Shown here in pieces: positions 22,420-38,124 of a DNA stretch of 64,000 bases. Source of the DNA: the human T2T-CHM13v2.0 reference genome, Homo sapiens; the NCBI RefSeq assembly GCF_009914755.1, contig NC_060935.1; one strand, given 5' to 3'. Every line of letters begins with the position of its first letter. Position 1 is the first letter of the stretch. Under the pieces are notes generated by a model. It worked only from the letters and a program-made list of their open reading frames with translations. It made no database searches and had not been told where the DNA came from. The position numbers were made by a program, and so were the translations under genes.

Positions 22420-22797
22420 GTAGTTTTACATCTGTATCATGGGGGATTGGTTCCAGGACCCCCACAGATAACAAAATCTGAGGATGCTCAAGTCCCTTTT
22501 ATAAAGTGGTATAGTATTTGCATATAACCTACACACATCCCCTATATACTTTAAACAATCTCATTATTTATAATAGCTAATACAATATAAATGTTATGTA
22601 AACACTTGTTATGCTGAATTGTTTAGGAAATAAACGCAAGAAAAAAAAAGTCTGTAGATGTTCCATACAGATGCAACCACTGTAGACCTAACTACATAGT
22701 GTACTTTAGCAATAATGTAACATTTTCTCGAATTTTTTTAAAAAATATTTTTGATCCACAATTGGTTGAATCCACACAGATACAGAGGGCTGAATGT
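22420..22797 (+). mobile_element. MER2 (TcMar-Tigger DNA transposon)
   Basis: ggattggttccaggacccccacagataacaaaatctgaggatgctcaagtccc ... gatacagagggctga. Confidence 0.8.
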
Positions 22798-24829
22798 ACC
22801 TGCATAATTCTCTATGAGTTCATAGGTAAATTACCAAATAAGTTTCAAATAAATGGAAGTATATTCGGTCACAGTTCTTTGGGAAGACGTCATTGTAGCT
22901 ACATGTACCCTAATGAATATTCCCTCTACATTAATAGTAGAGGGAATATTCTGGACACCACACTCAGAATTGGTAAGGGCCTATTTGAAACCAGCTATGT
23001 GTCCAACACTTTATTAAATTAGTATAGTAAATGAGGCATTATTTCTGTACACATGAGTTTCAGAGAATTCTGTAGTTGGAGAAGCCAGATACATACAAAC
23101 AAATATACAAAGCCAGATACATACATGAATAGATTAGCATATAATAGTGTGTTATACCCACACATACACACACACATTTATTATCTTGAATAATCCAGAT
23201 AATAATCTTATCCAGATTATTACAACATTCTGATACTTACTCTGCGAACTGAAGAGGTTAAAACCAAGGCAAGGGCTAACATTGCTCCCTTCCATATTAT
23301 TGATAAATTCATTTCATAATAGCTAAGTAATAAAAAAAACTAACTCATCAGCCACAGTTGTGTAGTCAGTAAAATGCATGAAAATGTTGAGCAGTATATG
23401 CACTTTTATTGGCTTGAAAGTTATGCATGTCTTTTCAAAATCAGCTATAAAAATTGATCTGAACCCATTCCATCAAAACGTCAATAGAAATATTTGAATT
23501 TTTGTTTGTTTTTTGCTCAACTCTTGTAATAACCTCATATGTAATAAAGATCAATTTCCAAAGAAAAACTTCAGGAAATTAATAATCTATCAACTACAAC
23601 TACTTAAAAGAGAATACAAATCCTTAAGCAGAAATAACACCTGGCTCTACATAGCAAGTATTATCAAAGCTGGGCAGAGGAAAATGCTCAGCATTGAGAT
23701 GAAAGAATAAGACATTCTGATCATTGCCTGCACTTCAGTAGCCCTATTCTGCAGTCTAAAATGATCCTTCCATAAAGGACTGTTCTACACTATTGAGAAC
23801 AGGATACTTAGTCTCTAAATTTCAAAGTTCTTTTTATGTACCATATACCACAAGCAGAGACTTCATTTTCTCCAAGTGCTAAGAGCTCTTGCTCAGATGG
23901 CATAGCCACACTCATGACTGCCAGCATAGGGCTATGAGGCATATTTTGAGACAAAGTAGTAAAGACAGTTCCTCAGTCATTTGGCATGATGGGGGCCAAT
24001 ACCTGAATTTGAACCTTTGCTCTTTATCACCTTTCTGTAGCCATAGAAACTCTCTAAAACTCAACTTCTTTATCTTATTTAGAGAATTATGTGACTTATA
24101 TATCTAAAATCCTAGTATACACTAGATAGTCAATAAATAATAGATGTTATTAAATTGTTTTAGTTTTTTATTTTTACATGCATTGGTACATGTTGTGGTA
24201 TTTTGATCTAGAGCTGTTTTAATGTACCCTTTAGTAAAGGGAACTAAATTCAATAGTATTACTGCAACTCATATTTTCAAATAAGTATTACACCAAGGTA
24301 TTAAAACAGCACCTTTAGTAGCCTTCCAGACTGGCGGAACAGCCCCACTATGTATCACTACATACACAGGGAACATGACTGAGGGAGGGCAGGAATCACA
24401 AGAGGTCCCAAACTTAAACTTTGGATTGTTCAAAAGAGATTATACACAATCTTAGAGGTGTACTAACGGGATTAAAAGAGAATGTTTATCACATAATCTT
24501 AAAGTGGACTATGAATTAGTATTTTTCATAAATCCTCTAATTATCAGCTGAATAGCCCAATTATACCACATTGCCCTTTTTAGCGTTAAACGCATTACCT
24601 TTAAAAATGCAAACATTTATAATACAGAGGAATTTGATAATCCTATTTTGTCATGTCTTCATTTATTAACATACTGGGATCTTTTATAATAAAGTGGCTT
24701 AAGCTTCTCTCTACCTCTAAAAGGTTCTGCCATGGTATAAAGAAATTCACTGATCATCTGGTGTGATATAAAATATGGTTTTCTGTGATAGGAAATACAT
24801 ATTAAATAGTAATGATAATGCTAGAGTTC

Positions 24830-25040
24830 ACCTTTATTGATATCGTATTAAGCACTATATAAAGTACTTTTAAAAGCGTTGCCTCATTGGATCTTCTCAA
24901 CAATCATACAAGATAGTTTCCACTATTCATTTCATTTTACACATGAGAAAACAAAAGTTAGAGAAGTTTAATAACTTGCCCAGGTAGGTGGCACAGTCAG
25001 TATGTGAACCCCAGAAGTCAAACTCCAAAGCCCACGCTCC
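24830..25040 (-). mobile_element. MIR
   Basis: cattttacacatgagaaaac...gagaagttt-aataacttgcccagg...ctccaaagcccacgctc. Confidence 0.65.
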
Positions 25041-26169
25041 TCCCGAAAACACTGCAGTGTATTGCACAGATTCATGACCCAGACTACGTTCATTGGCTTT
25101 GTTTTCTTACTCTATTTACTATTCCTTTTAAACACATGCTCTGAAAACAACTTTTTGTTCCACAGGGTTACCTCTTGAGTGCCCTTAAAAGTGAATAGCT
25201 CTTGGCTTCTCCTTTAAGGTACCTCTTTTTCTACCTTCAAGTGAAGCTCTCTTAGTTTCCTGGCACAGCACAGCTCCTCAATTCTCCTCCAACTTCACAG
25301 CAAATGCAACTTCCCTCTTGCTTACTCTGCTTCTCTCTCTCAAGCTCTTTCCCAAGTGTTTCCCTACTCTGAGTCCAGCTGCTTCAGGTCTGTGCCTCAA
25401 ATGGCCCTCTGGATTTGCCACCCTGCTGTGCTTCTAGGTCTGGGTATGCTGGAATCTACAGTCATCTGCATCCCCACTTATCCTGACTACTGTGGTTATG
25501 AGGGGCCTCTTTTGAATGCAGACAGCCAGTCAGCCAAGTTGAAATTTATACCAGAAATCTATTACCTAATTTTTAAACAAAATGACATGAAATCAGACTT
25601 GAAGATATCAAAAGCATGTCTAGTTTCTGATTTAAGCAAGAAAATACACATTGTTACTGCTCCCACCACAGAATAATTTACTGCAACAGGAGTTCTGGAT
25701 CTTATGCCAAAAATGAGGTCCTCTAACCAATGTCGAGGCCAATTATCTTGTGGTAGATCCCACAACAAAAGCAGACTATTGTGATTAGAGTCAGAAGCAC
25801 CACCCAGAGAAGCTGGAAAGCTTATGGGGATTTCTTAAGGTTAGTTTTTATTTTTCCTCCCTGTGTATCTGCTTAAATAAACTACCAGAAACTCTGTGTG
25901 TGGCCACTGAGCATCTTAAATTGGCTTGGGAGACAATGACAGGGGTGATCAGCTGGGAGTGAACTGTTCCAGGTTTGGCTTGATTTGAGCAAAAGCCATG
26001 GTGCAAGGCAGTGCCCCTATGACACAGCAAAGATTCTCATGGCCAAGCCCCTTCAGTATGCCACAACCTCCTCTTTCCCTAATCTCCTTCCCAAACATAC
26101 TGCCAGTAGCCATCCTATAGTTACTTACCGCAAAAGTAAAGCCCAGGTGGCTAAATTCAGGAATACTTA

Positions 26170-26421
<252 letters not shown>

Positions 26422-28880
26422 TCAAGGCAACATATTCTAGGCAAACACAACTAGATATACCTTCCCATCACTTCACTCATCTGTGCGCTGGGTGGCTCCA
26501 ATTCCCACATACCACTGGCTGTCCCAACTATACTTTTAGTCTATAACACAAAGAACAATTTTGCGTATGATACTTTCTTGTGTTATTTATCTCAATAGTT
26601 TAAGACTGATGCTACTATAGTATTTTAAAATATATCTTTGCTGCTTAAAGATCATTGCCTACACCAAGGTCTTTCCCCATCCACCTGCCTACCCTCTCAA
26701 CAGGGATAAAAGGCTAAACCTCCTAAGCATACTTTTGAGCATGACAGGATTCTCAGGAAAAGCTTTGTTTGTCCTAGAAATTCAAACATCTCCCAAACTC
26801 CAAGTATCTTTAGTGAAACTATCCTTTGACAAGATGTCAGCAGATGTTGAAATCATTCCATATATAAAAAACTACTGTGCACAAGTCTGCCATGGCCTAG
26901 GTAATTAAAAAACCTAAGCTCTACCTAAGAAGTTATAGCTTTAGAACCGGAAGATACCATTGGAATTATATATACCATTTTCAAGTACTATAAACGCTCA
27001 TTCAAAGCTGTACCAATAAAAGTACAAAAATTTTAATACGGTTTATACAGGAAGAAGGATAAGTATTCACTTCTCTAATATTGTTTATAAAGAATTATCT
27101 AAACACTTGATGAAGAGGGGATGTGTTTTTTTACATGTATCAAATTGCATTTTTGTGTCTCGCTGGTGAATAAAGCGGTAACAGCTGTGCAGACTGGATG
27201 TTAGCGATTCTTCAGTGGAGATTTTTCATACATAAACAAATGGAAAAGTTGTACAAATATTCTCTGCAGCCAGCAATATCCTAGTCTGCTTTAATAGCAC
27301 ATGCATCCCTGCTCTTTCCTGATTGTTGTTCAAAAGTTGTGTAGAAGGCCTAAGCAGATAGGCTTCTCTGTGTTCTGCTGGTTTCCAGCAGCTTAAAGCC
27401 CCAATTAACGAAGAATTCTTGGTGCTCTTGAAACGCTTGCACTTAAAACTTTACATTTTAATGAATATACTTACTATATTCCTAATAATTTTTTCACAGA
27501 ATGCACACAAATAATATAGATTCCCCACAGCTGCCAAAATGGAAACAGAGAGGCTCTGTGCCCATCTGAAGGCTTACTCATATTGCTACTAAAAGGGCAG
27601 AAAAATATGAAAATCTTCAAGTTAGATATAAAACTGTAAGGCCAGAGAAGCACTGATTTTTTTTTTTTTTAGAATGTCATTTAACTAGAAAAAAAAAAAT
27701 GTATGTCCACTAGGAACATTTTGGTTTGAAAGATATTTAAATTCAAAATAACATCCCTATGCATAACTCTGAAGCTCTAAAAATAAAAACCACACTTAAT
27801 TGTAATGACATTTAGTATCCATTTTGAAATTAGAAAATCAAAAAAAAAAGAAAAACATATTTAACATTTCACCACTATTTGATCTTATGTATGTTTTAAA
27901 TTTTTCTTAGAGGTCACTGCCTCAAAATGCCTCAGAATCAAGTTAAATTATTTATACAGTGACAAAACATGTGTATCTGTGCATGTCCAGATCACTGATA
28001 TTTACTCAGGTTAAATATTTATTACTTTTGAACAAAACATTTAAAAAATTAAAACCACAGTTTAAGTCTCTAATGTTTTTCAGCTTCTTAAATGGCTTCC
28101 TTTGAGATTTTGTCACATCGTGACAGCTTTAAGTAGAGCAGTGCCTTCTGTGTTTTTCCTTTTTAAAGAGGAAACATGTTGACTGTAATGCTGCATGTTG
28201 AATAAAATATGTTTAACATGTTGAGCACAATAATTCCAAGCTGTACAATCCACACTAGGCAAGCTCTACACTAATAGAACAAGGCTTGAGTTTAATCCTG
28301 AGAAATAGAGAATCACTCTGGCAATTTACCACAAACTGGGCCTCTCCCCTGCAGCTCGTGTGTTCAGCTCACTGCTATGAAATTTGAACTAGTCATATCT
28401 TATTAAAATAATTGTAGATTTATTTTACAAGTTTTAAAGTGATCATCAGAGGCACTGTTTTGCACTCCATGAATTTCATACCATTTTGGGTTTCTAGTCC
28501 TTGATGAATTCTTTCAGTGGGACATATAAACCCAAGAACACTAAAGCAGAAAACTGTAGGGTCTATGAGTACTTCATAGCAACATATGAATTTAAGAGAA
28601 CTGCACAGTAAAAGGAGATAAAGCTTGTCTCCACGATTCTTGTTTAGCAGTGACCTCTCAAGAGTTGCTAAATTCACAGTATTAACACATACTATAAATA
28701 GTTTTGTCTCTGAAATAAGTGTTCAGACAGTCCTGCCCTGGCACCTGGTGGATATAATAACTCCCAAACCTACATGCCACATTATGGGGTGGGGGAGGCA
28801 GACGTGATGACGAAGGCTCCTGCGGCAGCTGGCTGACCTTCGTCTAACTTGCGCCCGCCACAATCTCCCTTAGGATCCTA

Positions 28881-29255
<375 letters not shown>

Positions 29256-29699
29256 TCACACAGCTTGCCGCCTGGGTCAGCTGTTTTCCCCAGGTCCTCC
29301 TCTTCTTTTCTAAGTGACTTCTTGGAAGTAGAAGGCAGGTTCAAATGACAGTTCTACAGGCTCTTCTGATGTAGCCCTCAAAGACACACTAAGAATTAAT
29401 TTTGTGTGTGTTTTATACACCCTACCACATTTACTACAATAAATGGTAGGTGATCACAGAGCAATGAATGACATTACCTTATGGTAAACTTTCCTGCTGT
29501 AATTCCTTTCTTCAAAAACATGCTCTTACTGGTCATTTTAGACTCATTTGCCCCAGATCACAACCACTCTATATGTTTCCCAAAAATAGAATTGTTTTTC
29601 ACAATATTGTCTTGACCTGTGCTCTTCTCACTGCCTAGAAGACACTTCTCCTACTCTTTCATGCTAAATCCCATTCAACCTTCAATCATGTTTCATGAT

Positions 29700-30010
29700 T
29701 GAATGAATTAATTCAATGAAAAATATTTATTGAGCAATTACTATAACCTAGGTTTTATGCCAGGTGCTAAGGAGACCATGGTAAATAAAACAGCTCCTGC
29801 TTTTAAGGAGCTCACAGTTCAGAGTAAGGACAGACAATTATAACAAAGTGGGTGAGAGGTGCTACAATACTGACATTAACAGGGCACCAAAAAAGCACCA
29901 GATAGAATGGTCAGCTAGTGCTTCCTAGGAGATGTGATGTCTAAACCGAGTCTTCAAGGATGAATAGGAATCAACAAGTGAGTGGGAGAGGGAGTAAAGT
30001 CTGATGGGAA
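29700..30010 (-). mobile_element. L2 3' fragment
   Basis: aatatttattgagcaattactat...ctcctgcttttaaggagctcacagt. Confidence 0.6.
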
Positions 30011-33000
30011 GGGTAATTCAGGGTAAAGGAACAGCACTTGCAGTGATGCTCCCCAGGCTGCACTCAGTCCTCTTGCTTTCAGGAGACATGCCCCATAGTA
30101 ATTATTGTTTATGTGACTATCTCCCTCCTTTCCACTCCTCTCAGGAATACGAGATACCTAAAGTTAATGATTATGCTGTACTTATTCTTGTATCCTCAGG
30201 ATTTTTCACATAATAGATAATAAAATATTCATTAAGCAAAGATTATTTGGTTTTCAACTCATATGCAAAAGTCATAGACTAAGAGGCATTTATTTCAAGC
30301 GTCCTGTTCTATTTTTCTGTTGTTTAAGGGTAGTTCTTTAACATCTATGAAACTATGCCTAAATTCCTGATGCTATATAATTTCCAAAGAGCTGACTCTA
30401 GTAACATACTAGATTGAAAGCTCCCTGAAGATAGGGCAAGGGATGGGTCTTATTCACTGCTGTATTCCTAGGATTCAATAAAGTACTTGGCACATAGGAT
30501 TTCAATTAGTAAAATATGTTATATTAATGCATGAATGAATAAATAAATGAATGAATGAACATAGTTCTTACTTGTTTTCATGCACCCTATACCAGGGCGA
30601 TATACTGATGTATACTTTGTGATGTGGCAACTCCTGAATATCTCCTACAGACTGAGAACTTCTATAATTAAAGGTAAAGTGGTCAGACTGATAGCCTCAG
30701 ACAAGGCTTCTACCGCATAACAGGAAAGTCTACGCCCAGAAGTTTAGAAGCAAAATATACATTAAAACCAACATTTCTATTTTCTGGAAAAAGTAAATCC
30801 TTTCTGCTCAGTGAAGTTATTATACAGGACCAACATGATTCAATCAATCTCTGGCCCTTCCTCTCTATTTTTAGATACCTTGGTTAAGTAGACATTTGTT
30901 TGTGTCAAAGCCAGTAATAAATTACAACATTATAGTGCACTATTATTTAGCAAATATGGTTATCATTTACTGCAAACAAAAGACAGTATAAAAGGGTGGG
31001 ATTGGCTAACATGAATTTTTTTCTAAACAGGAAGGAGGGCAGAAAGGCTACTTTCTGAAGATTATACAAAAATAACATATTTTATAAACAGCCCTTCTTT
31101 TAGGCCTACTAGACAGAATGATCCTTTACATGAAAAGTCTTAGATCCCAAGATGCATAACTAATATGATACCTTTTTGCCACGATACCCACAGTACATTA
31201 ATTTCATTTAAAATGCACTGACCATACAGGATAAATTGATTTCACTTTATATGGGTTTGACAGCCATGTTTATTGCGCAGTGAAATGTAGTGTAGCTTCC
31301 AGCTGACAATATCCATCAACACAGGGCAATATGCTGACTGCTGGGCCAGATGAAGGCATACATTACTCTGGAAGTGAAACACTCATTCAGATACGACAGT
31401 GTCTTCTCCTGAGGATCACCATGGTAATTTATGATGCCCTCAGTGCCATTACTTTACAACTGACATGGATTCAGCAATTTATATACTGACATGCATTCAC
31501 ATAAAAGGAGACAGGTTTGTGGAGAATGTCAGATGCAAAAACATTTCAATATTATTCTAAGTTAACTGCTATGCCACAGGTGATTAACATTTGAGCCTGC
31601 TTTTACTGTTGTAGCTTTCTCTCCACCTCTAGCAAAACCAAATAGTCAGCTTCCATTTATTTCTTCATTTAAAATATGTATTTCATCGTAAATGGGAAGT
31701 TTTACTGTCTCAAAGACTGACAGAGATCATAGTGGATTTTTAGATGCTGGCTTTGGTATAAACATTCTAGATTCTCTACTCCATACCAATAGAGTCTCCC
31801 AGATATGCCATACATATGCCCAATCTCTCTCCCACACATGCTGTACCACAGTCTTCACATATCCTTCCTACTCTCTTCTACTTTACCAGTTTCTACCTTT
31901 TTCTGAGGAACAGAGCTCAAGTCTGACCTCTACCCTGCACTGACCTTTTCCTTTCCTCCTACATCACATATTATCTTCAGGAGCTGAAGGACAAGGAATT
32001 GATTTCACAGCAATTCTCTGGGACTCACATGTAATGCTTCCAGAAGTTGCAAAATTCGAGCACAGTGCACAGAACAAAAACATGAATTAAGAAGGAGAAG
32101 AATAGAAAATGCTTTAGATCATGTGCACATTGCTTTTTTCTGGTCACCTCTTCTGTCTTCCAGAAGGAGTGAACTAGAAATGAATGGGGACATCCTAAGC
32201 TAAACTAGAAATGTTGTATCAGATGAACCAAGATTTGGGAAGAAGAGATTTACCCAGGGAGGCCAACATTTGAAACTACTTTTAAATTGAATCTGATACC
32301 TGATCAACTACAACAGCGACGTTTAACACCACACAGATTGCAATGCCCAGATCCCTTTGCAAAATCAAAACTTGGAAAATGTTTTCCTGTTTTTCCTTCT
32401 ACCACTCTTCCTATTTTTGCCCCCTTCCTGTCCTATCTCCCAAATATGTAGTACTCTAACACTATCTTATGACTATGCAAATTATGCCCAGGAGGTCACT
32501 CTCCTTAATTAGAAAGTCAATGAAAACAACAACAACAAACCAAATTTGCATATAAAAATGGTCTCACCTTTGCTTTCACCACCACCACTAACATCCTAGA
32601 AAGGGAGTCTATCCTTCCCTAGATTTATAATATCTGAATTAACACCTGGGTAATGTACAGAAAATACAGTAATATAAACCACAAATGCCCCACAAATACA
32701 TATTGAAGGTTTCTGCTTTTCTGTCTTTTCGAAGTGACTATGCCATATAAGGCTTATATGGAACTCACTGAAGCATCCATATGAGTACTATGCAGAAAGA
32801 TAGATGTTTTCAACAAATATTTCTTCAATATTCTGATAGAAAACATCTCCCAATATTACTTTTTTTTTCATTTAAAGCTGACAACTTATCTATTACCTGA
32901 ATTTACAATCTAAGTTTGAATTAAACTTAGATTCAGAATTTTAAGAAAGTATTAGAGGCCACAAAGTCAAAAGAACATTTAGAAAGTGTCCCTAAACTTT

Positions 33001-33984
33001 GCTTCTGAAACAAAATGGTTAAAGAATTGTTGCCGCAGTAGAAATACATATGATTATGTGTGTGTGTATAAATTCAGAAATTTAAAAATGGAAATTATAT
33101 ATCTGGAAAACCCTTATAAATAGATAAGAAAAATTTTACAGCATACTATAAATTGTTTTCAAAAGGTATACTATTAATCTGTGTATCTGAAGTCTAAAAT
33201 TCACTTTGTTATAATTAATTTTAAAAATCAGCATATTGTATGATTTCATTCTGCTCCATTCATCATTAAGTGCAAAAAACCAAGTATTTCATTCTTAAAT
33301 AGCCAGTAGTCTGCATCAGAATCCAGAACTTGGAATGGCTCATAATTCTATGAGGCAGCTTCTTCTCCTTTTAACAGCAGAGGGGTCATTTGTGAGTTCA
33401 GCGTATGATTTTTCATGGAAAGCAGTTAGAAGCCTAGACCCACAGTTATGTACCTGGAGACGGCTTTCCAGCTGACCTAAGAGTCTTTAATTACCAGCAA
33501 CAGCAGTCCCAAATGACAGTTGCTGAAAGGCCAAGAGATCAACAGCACCACAGTAGGCTTCAAGGGAAAGCAAGGTCCCGTATGCCAGGAGAGGCTGCTC
33601 TGTACAACTTCCCCTAGAAGGCTCAAATTGGTTAATTCATCCTTCATCTCAGTTTGTGTAAAGGCAAACTTTCGGTTAGATTAAAGATAGTTAATCTGCA
33701 GAGAGAAAATAGAAATTGCCAAGGCAAATATCTCCTTAGAAATCTGTGATTTGAATGATTTAAAGAGAAGACGAAATTGAGTTTTTCCAGGTGGGTTGGA
33801 AAGAAGGCCAGTTTCACCATCATAGCCTCTGGCAATGGTCCTGAACTAATCCTGGAGAGGCCCCTTCGTGGTTAAATTCCAAGGGATATCAGAGTGAATG
33901 AGTGAGTGCCTGGTGCACATATAAAGTTATTCCTCAGGGGAATTCTAGTTAATTCTATAATGTGCCTAGTAATAATTTATTTAT

Positions 33985-34555
33985 GTATTAATTCAATAAA
34001 CACTTCTGACACATTTCATATGTACCCAGCATTGTGATGGGGTATACAAAGATAAATAACATGTGCACTTTGTTTTTAAGGAATTTGGTCCAATGGGAGA
34101 AGACACATAAATTAAAAATTACAAACGATGCTAACAGCGGTAATTTAAAAATACTATTAGAGCAGGGAAAATAAGCTACTAACACAATTGGAGTGGACAG
34201 AGATGAATATTAGGGAGGCTTCAGAGTTGAAGCGGTGCTTGAGCAGCATCTTAAAGGAGAAGTAATAATTTACCAGCAGGTATGAATGTGAAACTATTTT
34301 GGGCTTGGAAATCAGTGTGAGGAAAGGCACAGGGTTATAAAAAAAAAAAGCAAAGGACATTTTAGGGAATAAAAAGAAGCTGGCGATGGCTTGGGTTTAT
34401 GTAAAAAAAAAAAAAAAGGGGAGTATAAGAGATGAAATTAGAAAAGTAAATAGGGACCAAATTTGCTAAGCACCTTGAATGCCAAGCTAAGAAGTCTTTT
34501 GAGGTTTTTAACCAGAAGAGTAACATGAAAAAATATGTTCTAGAAGAGATCAAAA
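33985..34555 (-). mobile_element. L2 fragment
   Basis: attcaataaacacttctga...ggaatttggtccaatgggagaagaca...ccttgaatgccaagctaag. Confidence 0.55.
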
Positions 34556-36285
34556 TGGAAAACTAAATGAGAAATTACCACTGAATAGTCTCAATGATTA
34601 CCAGTGAATTGATAATAAAGAATAGAATAGAGGAAAAATAAAGTGACTACCTCTTCAAGGGCCCATTAAAACTTACATTTTGTCAGATAGAATTAATGTG
34701 ATACATGCAAAATATTGGCGCAAAAGGTTCTATTATAAAATCAAATTCTGGTAATGGCAGAATAGCTCATATCAGCCCTGTCCTCCAATAGATAATAAAT
34801 ATAAACTCTGAACAAAATATGAAAAAAACCCATAGATGTTGAAGATTCCTGAGAGCTACCAAAATTAAACAGAAACTGGAGTGGATTCCATCCTAGAATG
34901 AAAGGCATTTTACTAAATGAAATTCTGTTTTCATAGTTTTTCCCATGAAGACGCTTTCTGGTCTTCATAGCATGGAGTGGCTAGAATGCAAATAGAAAGT
35001 CAGTTTAATTGGCTTAATGTGTCAGAAGACAGAGTTTGAACTTACAGGTGGCTGCTGACCCCTGAACTTGCCATGTATTTGGAAGACTCAAATGAACCCA
35101 TGAAAAACAGAGCTGTGTATCTGGAAAATCTGAAAAGAGATTTCAGCTGATGCCCTTTGCAAGAGAAACAGAATTTGAATTGGAATCCTATCAAGTTAGA
35201 AAGAATTCATAAACACCTTGGGCTTTCCACTGAAACTCCAGAGGAGCAACTCCTTAGGAATAAATTCAATATGCCAGGACTAAGGATTTGCCCTAAGACT
35301 AAAAACAAAATTAAAAAAGACTCTCCCTAACAGTGCAAAAACTAAGTTTCCACAAGTTCAACGTGTGCAGCAGGTAATTTAACTGCTTCCTGCCCCCAAA
35401 GTTAAAAATTTTCAGAGGAAGATAATAGAATACAGAGTATCTACAATGGATAATCCACAACATACAATATATAATTAAAAAGTATGAGTTGTACAAACAA
35501 CCAGGAAAATGTGACTCAGAGATCAAAAAATAAAAATAAAGGAAGAAAAACACTGGCTGAAAATTACCTGAATTTGGTGAGAAACATCAACTAAGAGGTT
35601 TGAGACATTCAGGGAAATGCAGGCCAAATAAATACAACAAAACCACACCTAGAAACTAGTTAAACTTCTGAAAACCAAAGACAAAGAGAAAATTCCAGAG
35701 AAAAGGGACATATTACTTACGGGGAAACAAAATTACAAATAAGGGCTGATTATTCACTAGAAACAATGAAGACTAGTAGACTATGCAACATCTTTATAAT
35801 GCTATAAAAGGAAATAAATTCAGAGTTTTATCCAGTGAACATATGCTTCAAAAATGAATATGAAATATACTCTCAAATGATTAAAAGCTAAAAGCATGAG
35901 TTACCAGCAGACAAACACCAAAAGAGATATTCAAGGAAATTATTCAAGAGGAAAAGAAATAACACTCAATAAAAACCAGATATACAGAAAGAAAGGAAGA
36001 ATATCAAAAATGATTTGTGACCATTTTTTCTTCTCTGGATTTCACTAATAAACAGCTAATTGTCTAATGTTTTTAAAAGACAAGGAACTATTTAATACAA
36101 AATATAACATCGTATTGTGGGACTTATAACATATAAAAAGGTGAAATATGGAACAACAATAGCATATTACCACAAAAGATGAGGGTATAAATAGAATTAG
36201 ATTGTTAAAGGTCGTAATATTTTACGTGAAGTGGTAAAATTTTAACTGTAAGGATACTCAATTAAGGTTTCATAGTGAATCCTTA

Positions 36286-36603
<318 letters not shown>

Positions 36604-37804
36604 GTAAAAAATACAAAGAAGTATAGCTAAAAATCTACCAGAGTACTTCAAACAAAAGACTTAAAAAGGGATTCAATTAACACAAAGGAAAGCAGAGAGG
36701 AGAAATAGAAGACAAAAAACTGAGGGAACAAATACAAGTAGTGAAAAAAATACTGAAGTGTAAGACCTAAGCCCAACAGATTTAATAATTATATTAAACA
36801 GAAATAAATCAAATTATCTAATTAAAAGTTAGTGATTTCTCTGAATGGATGAAGAGTAAGAATCAATGAAACAGAAAACAGATATAATAAAGACAACTTA
36901 CAAAGCCAAGGTTAGAAATTTGAAAAGTACAATAAAATTAATAAATCCTAAGTAAGATGGGTCAACAGACAAAGAGAGAAGACAAAAATGCCAGTATTTG
37001 GACTGAAAGAGGAGATTTCACTGTAGATACTACCCATATTACAAAGATAAAAAGGGAATATTATAAATAACTTAATTTCAATAAATTTGACAACTTAGAT
37101 AAAATGAACATATTTGTTGAAAGACACAAACTACCAAAATTCACTCAAGAATAAATAAAAAATCTGAATACACTGATAGCTAATAAATCAATTGAATTTA
37201 TAACGAAGAACTTATCCACAAAGAAAATTGAAGCCCCGAATGGTTTCACTGGTAAATTCTTTCAAACATTTAAGGAAAATAAGAATAATATTGCGTAAAG
37301 GTATGAAAGTAGAGGAAGAAGGAACACTTCTTAATTAAGTTTATGAGGCAGCATACCTTGACAGAGGTTTGAGTGTAAGTGCAAAATTTTAAAATAAAAT
37401 GTTAACAAATTGAATCCAGCCAAATGTAAAAAATAGATAATACATCATGACCAAGTAGAACTTATCTCAGGAATGTAAAATTGGTTTAACATTTGAAAAT
37501 CAGACAATGTAGCTCATTACATTAACAGAACAAAGGGAATGAAAACACATGATAATCACAATAGATTCAGAAAATGGTTTTAACAACATTCAATACTCAA
37601 TCATGTTAGAAATGCTCAGGAAATTAGTATTAAAAGGAAACTTTCCCAGTCTGATAAAGGGCATTTAAGAAAAACCTACAGGTAACATCATACTTAATAG
37701 TGAACTACCGAATGCTTTCTCTAAAAATGAAGAACAAGGCGAAGATGTCCACTCTCACCATTGTTAATCAACAATTAAAAAACTAAAAAGCTCACACTTT
37801 ATAT

Positions 37805-38124
<320 letters not shown>

